Sequence record: SRR31156797_8921
Length of the DNA stretch: 56,949 nucleotides
Reading direction: 5' to 3' (one strand)
Below are positions 28,433 through 38,917 of this stretch, one piece after another. Both the position numbers and the translations under genes were made by a program. Position 1 is the first letter of the stretch. Each line of letters starts with the position of its first letter. The notes beneath the pieces are model-generated. The model ran no database searches, had not been told where the DNA came from, and worked only from the letters and a program-made list of their open reading frames with translations.

Positions 28433-29544
28433 ATAAGAAAAAGAACCTCTCCGGCAAACCTGAGCGCTTAGATTACTGGCTGCTGGCCGCAGCATTGCTG
28501 CTGGCCTGCTTCGGACTGATGATGGTCCTTTCCGCCAGTGGAATCATGGCCGAGCGTTTCTTTGACGACAAATACCTCTTCTTCAAGAAGCAGGCGGTAT
28601 TTCTCGTGGTCGGAACCTGCATGATGTACATCTGCTCCCGTCTGCCCAAAGGCTTTTTCTACAACATGGTCTATGTCTGGCTCATGGCCGCATTCGTGCT
28701 TCTGCTGCTTTGCGATTTCTCACCTCTGTCAGTTGCTGCGGGCGGTGCAAAACGTTGGATCGCCTTGGGGCCGTTACGCATTCAGCCGCTGGAATTCTGC
28801 AAACCGGCACTGGTGCTTTATCTTGCGTACTTTTTCTCTCGCAAGCAGGAACTTATCAAAACTTTCAGCGTGGGCTTCCTGCCGCCCTTCGCCATTACCG
28901 GCGCGCTCTGCCTGCTGCTTATGATGCAGCCGGACTTCGGTGGCTCGGTCTTTTTGTGCATGATCCTCTTTTTCATGAGTTTAGTGGGTGGAACACGAGT
29001 TAGCTATCTGCTGACTTCACTTATTTTCGCAGGTGGAGCCGGATACATGCTCATCACCAGCTCTCCATACAGACTCAAACGCATGACCGCATTTATTGAT
29101 CCCTTCAAATCTGCGCACGAAGAAGGCTACCAGCTGGTGCAGTCCCTATACGCATTTGGATCAGGCAATGTTTTCGGTCAGGGGCTGGGCGCGGGCAAAC
29201 AAAAACTTTTCTTCCTCCCTGAAGCACACAACGACTTCATCATGGCTGTTGTGGGTGAGGAACTGGGCTTCGTCGGCGTACTGGCTGTATTCGCAGTCAT
29301 CGGTTTCCTGCTCTGGCGCGGATTCAAAATCGCACTGGCGCAGGATGATTTGCAAGACCGCTTCACAGCTTATGGACTGACCATCATGCTGGCACTTGGC
29401 TTCTGCCTGAACCTCGCAGTAGTTATGGGAACCGTACCACCCAAGGGCGTACCCATGCCTTTCGTCAGCTACGGCGGCTCAAGCTTGCTGATCTCCTGCA
29501 TCTGCACAGGCATCCTCCTCAATCTTTCAAGGGGGAAAGTCTGA
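28429..29544 (+). CDS. ftsW: SEDS peptidoglycan glycosyltransferase FtsW
   Basis: [32 protein letters not shown] and SYGGSS motifs; TTG start. Confidence 0.96.
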   Translation: MNKKKNLSGKPERLDYWLLAAALLLACFGLMMVLSASGIMAERFFDDKYLFFKKQAVFLVVGTCMMYICSRLPKGFFYNMVYVWLMAAFVLLLLCDFSPLSVAAGGAKRWIALGPLRIQPLEFCKPALVLYLAYFFSRKQELIKTFSVGFLPPFAITGALCLLLMMQPDFGGSVFLCMILFFMSLVGGTRVSYLLTSLIFAGGAGYMLITSSPYRLKRMTAFIDPFKSAHEEGYQLVQSLYAFGSGNVFGQGLGAGKQKLFFLPEAHNDFIMAVVGEELGFVGVLAVFAVIGFLLWRGFKIALAQDDLQDRFTAYGLTIMLALGFCLNLAVVMGTVPPKGVPMPFVSYGGSSLLISCICTGILLNLSRGKV

Positions 29545-30626
29545 TGAAACGTATTATCCTGACCACCGGCGGCACCGGGGGACATGTCTTCCCCGCACTG
29601 GCCGTTGCCCATGAGATCAAAACCCGTTTTCCCGAATGCGAGATTCTCTTTCTCGGCGGCAAAGGACCGGAACGGGAAATGGTCGAACGGTCCGGAATAT
29701 CCTTTAAAGGACTCCCGGCAAAAGGTGTTCTGGGCGGTGGGCTCAAAAAAGTTTTCAGTTCGCTCTGGATTATTTCCGCGCTGATCATGAGCCTGAAGGA
29801 AATCGCCTCCTTCAAGCCTGACGCTGTAATCGGTTTCGGCGGATACGCCGGATTCTGTCCGGTGCTGGCTGCATGGCTGCTCGGCGTACCCACGGCAATC
29901 CACGAGCAGAACAGTGTTCCCGGAGTGACCAACCGCATTCTGGGTAAAATTGTAAAAAAAGTTTTCGCCTCCTTTGAGGATAGGAACGGATCATTCCCCG
30001 CAGCCAAGACTGTTGTGGTGGGTAATCCGGTCCGTAAAGAGATAATCGACTCCGGAACCTTCACGGACGGAAAAACAGTTCTGGTCTTCGGCGGAAGCCA
30101 AGGCGCGGCAGCAATCAACGATGCCATCATCGACGGGCTTGCCAAGCTTAAGGATGCAGGCATTAGCCTGCGCCACCAGACCGGAAAGGCTGATTTTGAA
30201 AAAGTTCGCAAAGGTTATGAGCAGAACGGCATGGACACCGAGAAGGTCTCCCCGTTCATTCACAACATGGGTGAAGCTTATGCCGAAGCTTCACTGGTTG
30301 TATGCAGAGCCGGGGCATCCACTGTTTTCGAAGTAGCGGCAGCGGGCAAACCAGCCATCTTTATCCCGTTTCCGCACGCCACCCACGATCACCAGACCGG
30401 GAATGCCCGTCTACTGGCAGATCTGGGCGCGGCAGAACTCATCCCGCAGACCGAACTTGGCGGGAACAGGCTGGCCGATGAAATTATTAAACTGATTGCG
30501 GATCAGGACAGGCTGAAAGGCATGGGAAGCAAAGCCCTTTCATTTGCCCGGACTGATGCGGCCTCCGCTATCGCGGAAGGCGTTGGAGATATCATTAGAA
30601 TGAAAACAGTGAGAGGTGCAGCATGA
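29544..30626 (+). CDS. murG: Lipid II GlcNAc transferase MurG
   Basis: [29 protein letters not shown] and RAGAST motifs. Confidence 0.98.
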   Translation: MKRIILTTGGTGGHVFPALAVAHEIKTRFPECEILFLGGKGPEREMVERSGISFKGLPAKGVLGGGLKKVFSSLWIISALIMSLKEIASFKPDAVIGFGGYAGFCPVLAAWLLGVPTAIHEQNSVPGVTNRILGKIVKKVFASFEDRNGSFPAAKTVVVGNPVRKEIIDSGTFTDGKTVLVFGGSQGAAAINDAIIDGLAKLKDAGISLRHQTGKADFEKVRKGYEQNGMDTEKVSPFIHNMGEAYAEASLVVCRAGASTVFEVAAAGKPAIFIPFPHATHDHQTGNARLLADLGAAELIPQTELGGNRLADEIIKLIADQDRLKGMGSKALSFARTDAASAIAEGVGDIIRMKTVRGAA

Positions 30627-32092
30627 TCGCAGCAGAAGGACCAAGTGTACCTTTAGTAACGGACACCGCATGTCCCATCATGCGCAGCAGAGTTGGCAAC
30701 ATCCACATGATCGGTATTGGCGGTTCAGGTATGAGCGGCATTGCCGAGGTATTGATCAACATGGGCTTCACCGTGACCGGTTCCGACCTGGCCGCTGGAG
30801 CACCCGTGAAACGTCTACTCAAAATGGGAGCACAGGTCTTCATCGGACATGGTGCGGACAATGTTAATGACGCCGATGTTGTAGTTAAGTCCACAGCAAT
30901 TTCCGAGGACAACCCCGAATTGGTCAAAGCCCGCAAGCTTGGCATTCCCGTAATTCCCAGAGCTGAAATGCTGGCCGAACTCATGCGCCTGCGCACCGGA
31001 ATCGCAGTTGCCGGAACCCACGGCAAGACTACGACCACCTCTTTGCTGGCAACAATTTTCACTGAAGCCGAGTTGGACCCCACAGTTATCATCGGCGGAA
31101 GACTGAACACCTTCGGCAGCAACGCCCGTCTCGGTGACGGACAGTTCCTCATCGCCGAAGCAGACGAATCAGACGGTTCATTCCTCTGCCTCGCACCGAT
31201 CATCACTGTGGTTACCAACGTGGATAAAGACCACCTTGATTTCTATGGCGGACAGGAAGCCATTGATGAATCATTTCGCAAATTCATGAACTCCATTCCC
31301 TTTTACGGAATGAATGTGGTTTGCGGGGATGATCCGGGCGTGCAAAGACTGCTCCCCTCCATCAAACGGCCCTGCATGACTTACGGACTGGAAAAAGGCA
31401 ACAGACTGCGCGGTGAAATCCTGTCCTGCGAAGTCCGCTCCCTGTTCCGGGTCTACCTTGATGAAGAACTTCTCGGTGAAGTTTCACTGGCTCAGCCGGG
31501 TAAGCACAATGTGCTTAACGCTTTGGGTTCCATCGGTGTTTCCCTTGAAGCCGGACTTGATCCCGAGGTCATCCTCTCAGGACTGTCTAACTTCATGGGC
31601 GTAGGCCGCAGATTCGAAAAGAAAGGCGAATCCAAAGGCATCCTCGTGGTGGATGACTACGGTCACCACCCTGCAGAAATTCAGGCCACCATTGAAACCG
31701 CCAAGTCCTGCTTTCCACAGCGCAGGCTGGTAGTGGCCTTCCAGCCGCACAGGTTCACCCGAACTGAGGCCCTGTTCGGTGAATTCTGCAAGACCTTTGA
31801 AAAAGCCGACGAACTGCTGCTGACCGAAATCTACCCCGCATCAGAAGATCCAATTCCGGGCGTAAACGGAATGTCACTGGCGCAAGGGATCAGACAGGTC
31901 AGCGACACCAAAGTCCGCTTTTACCCGGACTTTGAAATGATGCAGAACGAACTGCCCAATATTCTCAAGCCCGGTGACCTGTTCATCACTCAGGGCGCAG
32001 GTTCGATTTACACCGTGGGTGAAAAGTTTTTGAAATATCTGGAAGAGGACGGTGAAAAAGTTCTCAAACCGGAAGAAATAACAGCTTTGTAG
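30623..32092 (+). CDS. murC: UDP-MurNAc:L-Ala ligase MurC
   Basis: [30 protein letters not shown] and FQPHR motifs. Alternative start at 30680. Confidence 0.97.
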   Translation: MIAAEGPSVPLVTDTACPIMRSRVGNIHMIGIGGSGMSGIAEVLINMGFTVTGSDLAAGAPVKRLLKMGAQVFIGHGADNVNDADVVVKSTAISEDNPELVKARKLGIPVIPRAEMLAELMRLRTGIAVAGTHGKTTTTSLLATIFTEAELDPTVIIGGRLNTFGSNARLGDGQFLIAEADESDGSFLCLAPIITVVTNVDKDHLDFYGGQEAIDESFRKFMNSIPFYGMNVVCGDDPGVQRLLPSIKRPCMTYGLEKGNRLRGEILSCEVRSLFRVYLDEELLGEVSLAQPGKHNVLNALGSIGVSLEAGLDPEVILSGLSNFMGVGRRFEKKGESKGILVVDDYGHHPAEIQATIETAKSCFPQRRLVVAFQPHRFTRTEALFGEFCKTFEKADELLLTEIYPASEDPIPGVNGMSLAQGIRQVSDTKVRFYPDFEMMQNELPNILKPGDLFITQGAGSIYTVGEKFLKYLEEDGEKVLKPEEITAL

Positions 32093-32105
32093 CGGAAAGA
32101 TTTAT

Positions 32106-32978
32106 ATGACACTGGAACTGCTTCATAAACCGAGCATGGCTCAGCTCACCTCCCTAGGCATTGGCGGAAACGCCCGTGTTCTGGCCAAGGTGCGCGATGA
32201 AGCCGGGCTGGACGAACTTTCCCGCTTTGTAGAGCGCGAAGGGGCCGACCTACTTGCCCTCGGTGAAGGAAGCAACATGCTTGCCGGGGACGGGGAACTC
32301 AACCTCGCTCTTGTGCAAGTGGCCTGCGAGCGCAAAGCAGAAGCGGTAATTTCCGGCACCAATGTGCGGGTTCCAGCTGACATGCGTTTGCCCGGTCTAC
32401 TCTCAATGCTCATTAAAAACGGCCTTTCCGGCATGGAAGGGCTGGCCGGAATTCCCGGTTCAGTTGGCGGTTCCATTGCCATGAATGCCGGATCATATGG
32501 AACCGACATGCAGGCTTCCGTAAAGCGGATCCAGATCTGGACTCCTTCCAAAGGTCTTTTCTGGAAGGACGCGACAGAACTGGATTGGGGCTACCGCCAC
32601 TTTTCCATTGGTAGCGATGAATTCTTTCTGGTCTGGGAAGTTGAGTTTGAACTTTCCCTTTCAAGCGAAGAAGAGGTTCGCTCCAGGATCAAAGAAACTT
32701 TTGAGAAAAAGAAAGCCACCCAACCGGTCACCGCAAAGACCGCCGGATGCGTTTTCAAGAATCCGGAAGGATACAGCGCAGGTAAACTGCTCGATGATGC
32801 CGGATTCAGAGGCAGAAACCTCGGCAGCATGGGCTTTTCCGAAATGCACGCCAATTTCCTTGAAAACAAGGGAGGCGGCACTGCAGTTCAGGCATTGGAG
32901 CTCATGTCTCAGGCAACCGAAGCCGTGGCTGAAAAGTTCGGCGTCACTTTAAAGCCGGAGGTCATAATACTGTCATGA
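32106..32978 (+). CDS. murB: UDP-N-acetylenolpyruvoylglucosamine reductase MurB (short type)
   Basis: GSN, GIPGSVGG..MNAG, YR, GCVFKNP and HANF motifs. Confidence 0.95.
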   Translation: MTLELLHKPSMAQLTSLGIGGNARVLAKVRDEAGLDELSRFVEREGADLLALGEGSNMLAGDGELNLALVQVACERKAEAVISGTNVRVPADMRLPGLLSMLIKNGLSGMEGLAGIPGSVGGSIAMNAGSYGTDMQASVKRIQIWTPSKGLFWKDATELDWGYRHFSIGSDEFFLVWEVEFELSLSSEEEVRSRIKETFEKKKATQPVTAKTAGCVFKNPEGYSAGKLLDDAGFRGRNLGSMGFSEMHANFLENKGGGTAVQALELMSQATEAVAEKFGVTLKPEVIILS

Positions 32979-33829
32979 GCGTAGCAGGACTGAACAAAAG
33001 CAGGTTGAACCTGAGTAAATCAGGCAAAAACCGGACAAGCCGCAACAAGACCAAGAAACGTAAGAATAGTTCGCAGCCCGTTTCAGGTATTTTTACCGCA
33101 TTGCTGCGCAAGCTCTGCATTTCCGGGGCCTGTCTGCTGATACTGGCTGTTCTGGGTATCGGCTGTCTTGCTGGATACCGCTGGGTTACCGCCCTGCCTT
33201 ACTTTGCACTGCAAGACATCAAGGTCAGCGGCAATCACCGTTTAACCTACGGGGAAATCCTGAACATCGCCGATGTAAGCCTGAACAAGAACAGCCTTGC
33301 GGTAAACATCAGCGAAGTTGAAAACAGGCTCAGCGAGAACCTCTGGATCAAGTCTGCAGCGGTCAGACGGCAGCTGCCCGGCAAGATGCAGATACATGTA
33401 CGCGAGAAAAAACCCCGCTTCATGGTCCGCCATAACGACGCTCTTTATTACTGCGACAGCAACGGCAAGCTTATTGCCCCGGTGGCTCCAGGTAAATTCA
33501 GCTCACTGCCGTTTCTGAATATTGAATCTGAAGCCATGGATAGGGCGAGCATACTGCCCGAATTCATGAACATGCTCAGCAGACGGGAACTGCCCTTTGA
33601 TCCGGGCCAGATTGCATGGATCGATATCAAAGGCGGCAACCGCATGGAAATTTTTATGGACAGGCTCGGCCTTACGGTGCTGCTGGGTCTGGACAACTGG
33701 CAAGAACAGCTTTCACACCTGAACACAGTATGGAACGACCTCAAAAACAGGGGAGAGTTCAGGAACGTGGCAGTCATTTCAACCGGGAAAAACAGGGTCT
33801 GGGTTGAAAAACGCAGTTCCGGGAAATGA
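32975..33829 (+). CDS. ftsQ: Cell division protein FtsQ/DivIB
   Basis: Basic cytoplasmic N-tail, single TM, POTRA domain (WIKSAAVRRQLP); lies before ftsA. Confidence 0.9.
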   Translation: MSVAGLNKSRLNLSKSGKNRTSRNKTKKRKNSSQPVSGIFTALLRKLCISGACLLILAVLGIGCLAGYRWVTALPYFALQDIKVSGNHRLTYGEILNIADVSLNKNSLAVNISEVENRLSENLWIKSAAVRRQLPGKMQIHVREKKPRFMVRHNDALYYCDSNGKLIAPVAPGKFSSLPFLNIESEAMDRASILPEFMNMLSRRELPFDPGQIAWIDIKGGNRMEIFMDRLGLTVLLGLDNWQEQLSHLNTVWNDLKNRGEFRNVAVISTGKNRVWVEKRSSGK

Positions 33830-33882
33830 TTGCCTCAATCGGCAATACCCCGAATTTACAAGGATGATGAGGAGAAAAAATT

Positions 33883-35112
33883 ATGTCCAAGTCTGATCTG
33901 ATCGTCGGCCTCGATGTCGGCACCACCAAGATCTGCGCGGTTGTGGGAGAACCCACCGCGGACGGAGTCGACATTGTCGGCATCGGCACAGCCCCGTCCA
34001 CAGGACTGCGCAAAGGCGTGGTGGTCAACATTGAGCAGACAGTACAGTCCATCAAGAAGGCTCTTGAAGAGGCTGAACTTATGGCCGGCTGCGAAATTCG
34101 CTCCGTATACGCGGGCATCGCAGGCAGCCACATCAAAGGTTTCAACAGCCACGGCGTAATTGCCGTTAAAGGCGGCGAGGTAACCCAAAAGGATGTCGAC
34201 AGGGTTATTGATGCAGCTAAAGCTGTAGCCATTCCGCTGGACAGGGAAGTGATTCACACCCTGCCGCAGGAATACATTGTTGACGATCAGCGCGGCATTG
34301 CCGATCCGCTGGGCATGGCCGGTGTGCGCCTTGAAGTAAAGGTCCACATCGTCACCGGCGCGGTAACTTCCGCACAGAACATCATCCGCTCCTGCCATCG
34401 CTCAGGGCTGGACGTTTCCGACATCGTTCTTGAATCACTGGCTTCCAGCAAGGCCGTGCTTTCCGAAGAGGAAAGGGAGATCGGCGTTGCCATAGTGGAT
34501 ATCGGAGGTGGTACCACTGATCTGGCAATCTTCGCCAATGATTCAATTAAACATACTTCTGTTATCGCCCTCGGCGGTAACAACCTGACTAACGACATAG
34601 CATTTGGGCTGAGAACGCCCATGGGGTCTGCGGAACAGATCAAGGTCAAATACGGAACCGCGCTCACCGATCTGGTCACCACTGACGAGACCATTGACGT
34701 GCCTTCCGTTGGCGGCCGTGATCACCGCAAAATGTCCAAGAGAGTATTGGCTGAAATCTGCGAACCGCGCTGTGAGGAAATCCTGTCACTTGTTGATCAG
34801 GAACTGGTCCGCAGCGGGTACAAGAACATGATCGCTGCAGGCGTGGTGCTCACCGGCGGTACTTCCCTCGTGGACGGAATGCAGGAACTGGCGGAACAGA
34901 TTTTCGATCTGCCGGTTCGCATCGGCTATCCCGCAGGCATGGGAGGCTTGAAGGATGTTGTCAACAGTCCCAAATTCGCCACAGCAGTGGGGCTGCTCAT
35001 GTACGGCGCGGAAAAAGAAGGCAGCTCCGAACAGGTCTTCAGAATCCGCGACGAAAATGTTTTCAACCGCATTCTGGGCAGGATGCGCAAATGGTTCACT
35101 GACATCGCTTAG
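33883..35112 (+). CDS. ftsA: Cell division protein FtsA
   Basis: GLDVGTTKI, DIGGGTTD and VLTGG motifs; amphipathic C-terminus RMRKWF. Confidence 0.98.
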   Translation: MSKSDLIVGLDVGTTKICAVVGEPTADGVDIVGIGTAPSTGLRKGVVVNIEQTVQSIKKALEEAELMAGCEIRSVYAGIAGSHIKGFNSHGVIAVKGGEVTQKDVDRVIDAAKAVAIPLDREVIHTLPQEYIVDDQRGIADPLGMAGVRLEVKVHIVTGAVTSAQNIIRSCHRSGLDVSDIVLESLASSKAVLSEEEREIGVAIVDIGGGTTDLAIFANDSIKHTSVIALGGNNLTNDIAFGLRTPMGSAEQIKVKYGTALTDLVTTDETIDVPSVGGRDHRKMSKRVLAEICEPRCEEILSLVDQELVRSGYKNMIAAGVVLTGGTSLVDGMQELAEQIFDLPVRIGYPAGMGGLKDVVNSPKFATAVGLLMYGAEKEGSSEQVFRIRDENVFNRILGRMRKWFTDIA

Positions 35113-35118
35113 ATTGTG

Positions 35119-35173
35119 ATGATGCGCTTCGCGCGCTTTTGATTGATTTCGCCTCCGGCGACTCAAATCCTTT
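35119..35173 (+). repeat. REP-like dispersed repeat, copy A
   Basis: ATGATGCGCTTCGCGC..TTGATTTCGCCTCCGGCGACTCAAATCCTTT; two blocks match the reverse complement of 51678-51735 at 15/16 and 30/31. Confidence 0.85.
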
Positions 35174-35304
35174 TATTTGGATTTCACTGCCGGGATTGAA
35201 GGTTAGGTGAAATACATTAGAAACAGTGAACTCAGGCATGGAGTTCTTTTCCGACCCCGATCACGGAAAAGTAAGCAGCAAAAGTTTAACAGGGGAAATC
35301 AAAA

Positions 35305-36588
35305 ATGATGATGGATTACATGGAAATTGAAAACGACGGTCAGGCCAGAATCAAGGTTATCGGTTGTGGTGGTGGTGGCGGTAACGCTATCAACAACATG
35401 ATTCAGTCCGCACTCTCCGGCGTGCGCTTCATCGTAGCTAACACTGATGCTCAGGACATCAACAAGTCTCTGGCTGAATACAAGATCCAACTCGGTGACA
35501 AACTGACCAAGGGCCTTGGTGCGGGCGCAAACCCTGACGTAGGTAAAAACGCAGCCCTCGAGTCTGTTGACCAGATCCGCGAACTGGTAAGCGACTGCGA
35601 CATGGTTTTCGTAACCGCCGGTATGGGTGGCGGAACCGGAACCGGCGCTGCACCCGTTATCGCTGAAGTTGCCAAAGAAGCCGGCGCTCTGACCGTTGCC
35701 GTTGTAACCAAACCTTTCTATTTCGAAGGCAAACGCAGACTGCTACAGGCAGAAAAAGGTATTGAGGAACTCAAGAAGGTGGTTGACTCCATCATCACCA
35801 TTCCCAACGACCGCCTGCTCCAGCTTGCCGCTAAAAAAGCAGCTTTCTCCGAAATGCTGAAAAAAGCTGACGAAGTCCTCTACTACGGCGTCAAGGGTAT
35901 TGCTGATCTGATCACCGTTCACGGTCTGATCAACCTTGACTTCGCTGACGTACAGGCTGTTATGTCCAGCTCCGGACTCGCTCTCATGGGTACCGGTATC
36001 GCACGCGGTGAAAACAGAGCCCGTGAAGCTGCCATGAAGGCCATCACCAGCCCGCTGCTCGAAGATGTTTCTATCGAAGGCGCAAAGGGTGTGCTCATCA
36101 ACATCACCTGCTCCCCTGACATGACTATTGATGAAGTCAGCGAAGCAGCTAACATCATCTACGAAGAAGCACACGAAGAAGCTCAGATCTTCTTCGGTAC
36201 CGTCTTCGACGCTGAAGTTGGTGACGAAATGCGCATTACCGTTATCGCTACCGGAATCGACAACGCAGTTGATCAGACAGTTACCCCGCCTGTTGAACAG
36301 CAGTCCTTCGGTCAGCCCCAGCGCCCCAACCTCACTCCCAGAGGCATGGCTCCCAAAAAACAGGAAACCACCAATGTTCATCAGATGGGCAGTGCCCACG
36401 CTGAAGAAGACCGCTCCATCCCTGCTTACCTGCGCCACACCGCAAGCAAGCCTACTGAAGCGGCTGCGAACAACGAACCTGTTCAGCTCAAGCCCAAACA
36501 GGCTGCCAACTCCGGTGGAGAAGAATTCATCTTCCATGATGACGATGACTTCGAAGTTCCGACCTTCATTCGCAAACAGGCTGATTAA
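35305..36588 (+). CDS. ftsZ: Cell division protein FtsZ
   Basis: GGGGGN, tubulin signature [16 protein letters not shown], and C-terminal peptide [12 protein letters not shown]. Confidence 0.99.
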   Translation: MMMDYMEIENDGQARIKVIGCGGGGGNAINNMIQSALSGVRFIVANTDAQDINKSLAEYKIQLGDKLTKGLGAGANPDVGKNAALESVDQIRELVSDCDMVFVTAGMGGGTGTGAAPVIAEVAKEAGALTVAVVTKPFYFEGKRRLLQAEKGIEELKKVVDSIITIPNDRLLQLAAKKAAFSEMLKKADEVLYYGVKGIADLITVHGLINLDFADVQAVMSSSGLALMGTGIARGENRAREAAMKAITSPLLEDVSIEGAKGVLINITCSPDMTIDEVSEAANIIYEEAHEEAQIFFGTVFDAEVGDEMRITVIATGIDNAVDQTVTPPVEQQSFGQPQRPNLTPRGMAPKKQETTNVHQMGSAHAEEDRSIPAYLRHTASKPTEAAANNEPVQLKPKQAANSGGEEFIFHDDDDFEVPTFIRKQAD

Positions 36589-36655
36589 GTTCTGATTGCG
36601 ATGAATATAAATCGGAAACAGTACGGGACCCTGCGGTCCGCACCGGAAATAGTCC

Positions 36656-38350
36656 ATGTCCGTAACTGATGAATTCTTCTATTACGGAAATGAAGAACCC
36701 TCGCCCGAAGAGACAGGTGGCCGTCTGCCCACGGCTCTTGTCTTCCCTGGACGGAAGGGGTCTGCACTCTCAACCTTAGGTTGGCAGGCTGTTTATCGTC
36801 TGCTGGCTCCGGACGCGGAGCTAGCGGTGGAAAGATTCTTCCTTGGCGAACCGGGAAAACCGTCTGTTTCCATGGACAGTAATAAAGAACTGTCCGAGTT
36901 TCCCCTGATCGGCTTCAGCATCAACTTTGAGGAGGAATACCTCCATCTGGTCAGGATGCTGAAAGATTCGGGTGTTCCGCCACTGGCGGCGGAACGCCCG
37001 GACTTCCCGCTGGTTATGGGTGGAGGTCCTGTGGCCTTCCTCAATCCCGCACCCATCGCGCCTTTCTTCGACTTCTTCTGGGTCGGAGAAGCAGAAGCGG
37101 GATTAAAGGACCTATGCCTCGAACTGAAGCACCATATCTACAACGGGGGAAGCAAAAGAGAATTTCTGGATCTGATCAAAGACCGGGACGGCGTCTACGT
37201 TCCGGGCATGACCAAAGGTCAGGTCCGCAGAGCTGTTCTGCCTCCGGGACCGGTTTCAGAAGGTCACGGGGTGCCCCTCCTAAGTGAGCCTGCATATTCC
37301 TGCTTCATCAGCCCGGAAGCGGTCTTCAAGGACATGTTCCTTGTGGAGGTCAACCGGGGTTGTCCATACGGATGTAGATTCTGCGCCGCCGGATATGTCT
37401 ACCGTCCACCACGTCACGCATCCATTGACCAGCTCAAAAAAATAGTGGAGCTTGCCGACCCGCCCAAAGTTGGATTGGTAGGAACCGCCCTTACCGACTG
37501 GCCGGACCTGCTTCCATACATTGAATGGCTTAAAAAGCGAAAAACCAAATTTTCCCTCTCGTCCGTACGCGCTGACGGACTTACCGAGGAATTGCTGGAT
37601 ATCCTGCGCGCGGCCGGAGTCCGCACCGTGACCCTTGCTCTTGAAGGAGCCAGCAGAAAGCTGCGTGACGCGGCCAGCAAAAACCTTGAGGAAGAAGACT
37701 TCCTGCGCGCTGTGGAGCTTTGTGCCGCAAAAGGGGTCAATCATTTACGGGTTTATGTAATTGTAGGCTGGCCCGGTGAAACCGCTGAGGATTACGAAGA
37801 ACTGGCCCTCATGCTTGAAAAAATGGATCAGGCCCGCAAGCGTGGTCAGGGTAAAAAGAAAAAGCAGTTCATGCGTATCACCTTCGGAGCCAGCTGCCTT
37901 GTACCCAAACCGTGGACGCCTCTCCAATGGGCTGCCATGCCTTCCGAAAAAGAACTCAAGGCCGTGCTTTCCAAAGTCAAAGGGCTGACCAAAAAATACA
38001 AGGGGATTGCCTTTTCTGGAGATAATCCTTTTCAGGCCCGTTTGCAGGGCATTCTCTCCCGTGGAGATGAATCTCTGGCTGAATTCATCAGCTATGCCGC
38101 CGAAAACGGTGGCTGGAAAAAAGCATCCAAATTCTACAAGGGTAATGTTGAACAATTCGTTGACGAAGAACTTGATAAAGATGCCCCACTGCCCTGGGAC
38201 TTCATCAATACCGGCGTAAAAAAGTCCTACCTCTGGCGTGAATGGCAACGGTTCCAGAAAGCCGAAAAGAGTCCGGTCTGTCCTCCTGACGGATGTGCCG
38301 AATGTAAAAGCTGCGGCATGCACCAATGGCTTGAAGAAGAGAAATCCTGA
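36656..38350 (+). CDS. Radical SAM protein with B12-binding-like N-terminal domain
   Basis: RGCPYGCRFC (CxxxCxxC), GGP..NP..F..GE, PKPWTP and LPWD motifs; C-terminal C..C..CG. Confidence 0.85.
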   Translation: MSVTDEFFYYGNEEPSPEETGGRLPTALVFPGRKGSALSTLGWQAVYRLLAPDAELAVERFFLGEPGKPSVSMDSNKELSEFPLIGFSINFEEEYLHLVRMLKDSGVPPLAAERPDFPLVMGGGPVAFLNPAPIAPFFDFFWVGEAEAGLKDLCLELKHHIYNGGSKREFLDLIKDRDGVYVPGMTKGQVRRAVLPPGPVSEGHGVPLLSEPAYSCFISPEAVFKDMFLVEVNRGCPYGCRFCAAGYVYRPPRHASIDQLKKIVELADPPKVGLVGTALTDWPDLLPYIEWLKKRKTKFSLSSVRADGLTEELLDILRAAGVRTVTLALEGASRKLRDAASKNLEEEDFLRAVELCAAKGVNHLRVYVIVGWPGETAEDYEELALMLEKMDQARKRGQGKKKKQFMRITFGASCLVPKPWTPLQWAAMPSEKELKAVLSKVKGLTKKYKGIAFSGDNPFQARLQGILSRGDESLAEFISYAAENGGWKKASKFYKGNVEQFVDEELDKDAPLPWDFINTGVKKSYLWREWQRFQKAEKSPVCPPDGCAECKSCGMHQWLEEEKS

Positions 38351-38351
38351 T

Positions 38352-38378
38352 TGCACTTTTGTGCAGTCAGGCTGCACA
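38352..38378. promoter_or_regulatory. TGCA array, candidate bEBP upstream activator site
   Basis: TGCACTTTTGTGCAGTCAGGCTGCACA; resembles 41621-41647. Confidence 0.5.
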
Positions 38379-38494
38379 AGTCACACTATTCCCCACCCAG
38401 ACATTGCCTATCAGTACCGTTATCTACTGAAATAATTCTTCTTGTATAAGAATTGCATACCACTACGGTATAGAATTTTGAAGGAGAATTTTTT

Positions 38495-38908
38495 ATGAAA
38501 AAAATGATTTTGCTTTTGGCTATTCTGTTGCTGCCCAGTAACGGATCTGCAGGAATGACGATTGGACCGCAAGAGTTAAGCATTCCTATCAATGAAGTAA
38601 ATGACGGACAGGCCCACCACTATTCGATAGATTTGGACGGGAAAGAAATCCGGTTCTTTGTGGTCCGCAGCAAGGATGGAATAATCAGGGCCGCTTTTGA
38701 TGCCTGTGATGTCTGCTACCGCTCTAAGAAAGGTTATTCCCAGCAAGGCGACTTCATGGTCTGCAACAATTGCGGCATGCGTTTCCATTCTACGCGCATC
38801 AACGTGGTTAAGGGCGGCTGCAACCCTTCACCTCTGGAAAGACAGACCAAGGGCGATAAGGTGGTAATTTCTCTAGATGCAGTCAGGTCCGGGGCCATAT
38901 ACTTCTAA
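38495..38908 (+). CDS. DUF2318 (FtrD-like) exported Fe-S/Cys-motif protein
   Basis: Signal peptide; AFDACDVC, GY.Q.G, VCNNCG and GGCNP motifs. Confidence 0.85.
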   Translation: MKKMILLLAILLLPSNGSAGMTIGPQELSIPINEVNDGQAHHYSIDLDGKEIRFFVVRSKDGIIRAAFDACDVCYRSKKGYSQQGDFMVCNNCGMRFHSTRINVVKGGCNPSPLERQTKGDKVVISLDAVRSGAIYF

Positions 38909-38917
38909 GGAGCATGC

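Noticed and set aside
35743-36657. 304-aa antisense ORF over ftsZ
   Set aside because: Same codon-bias artefact; almost entirely overlaps a certain gene.
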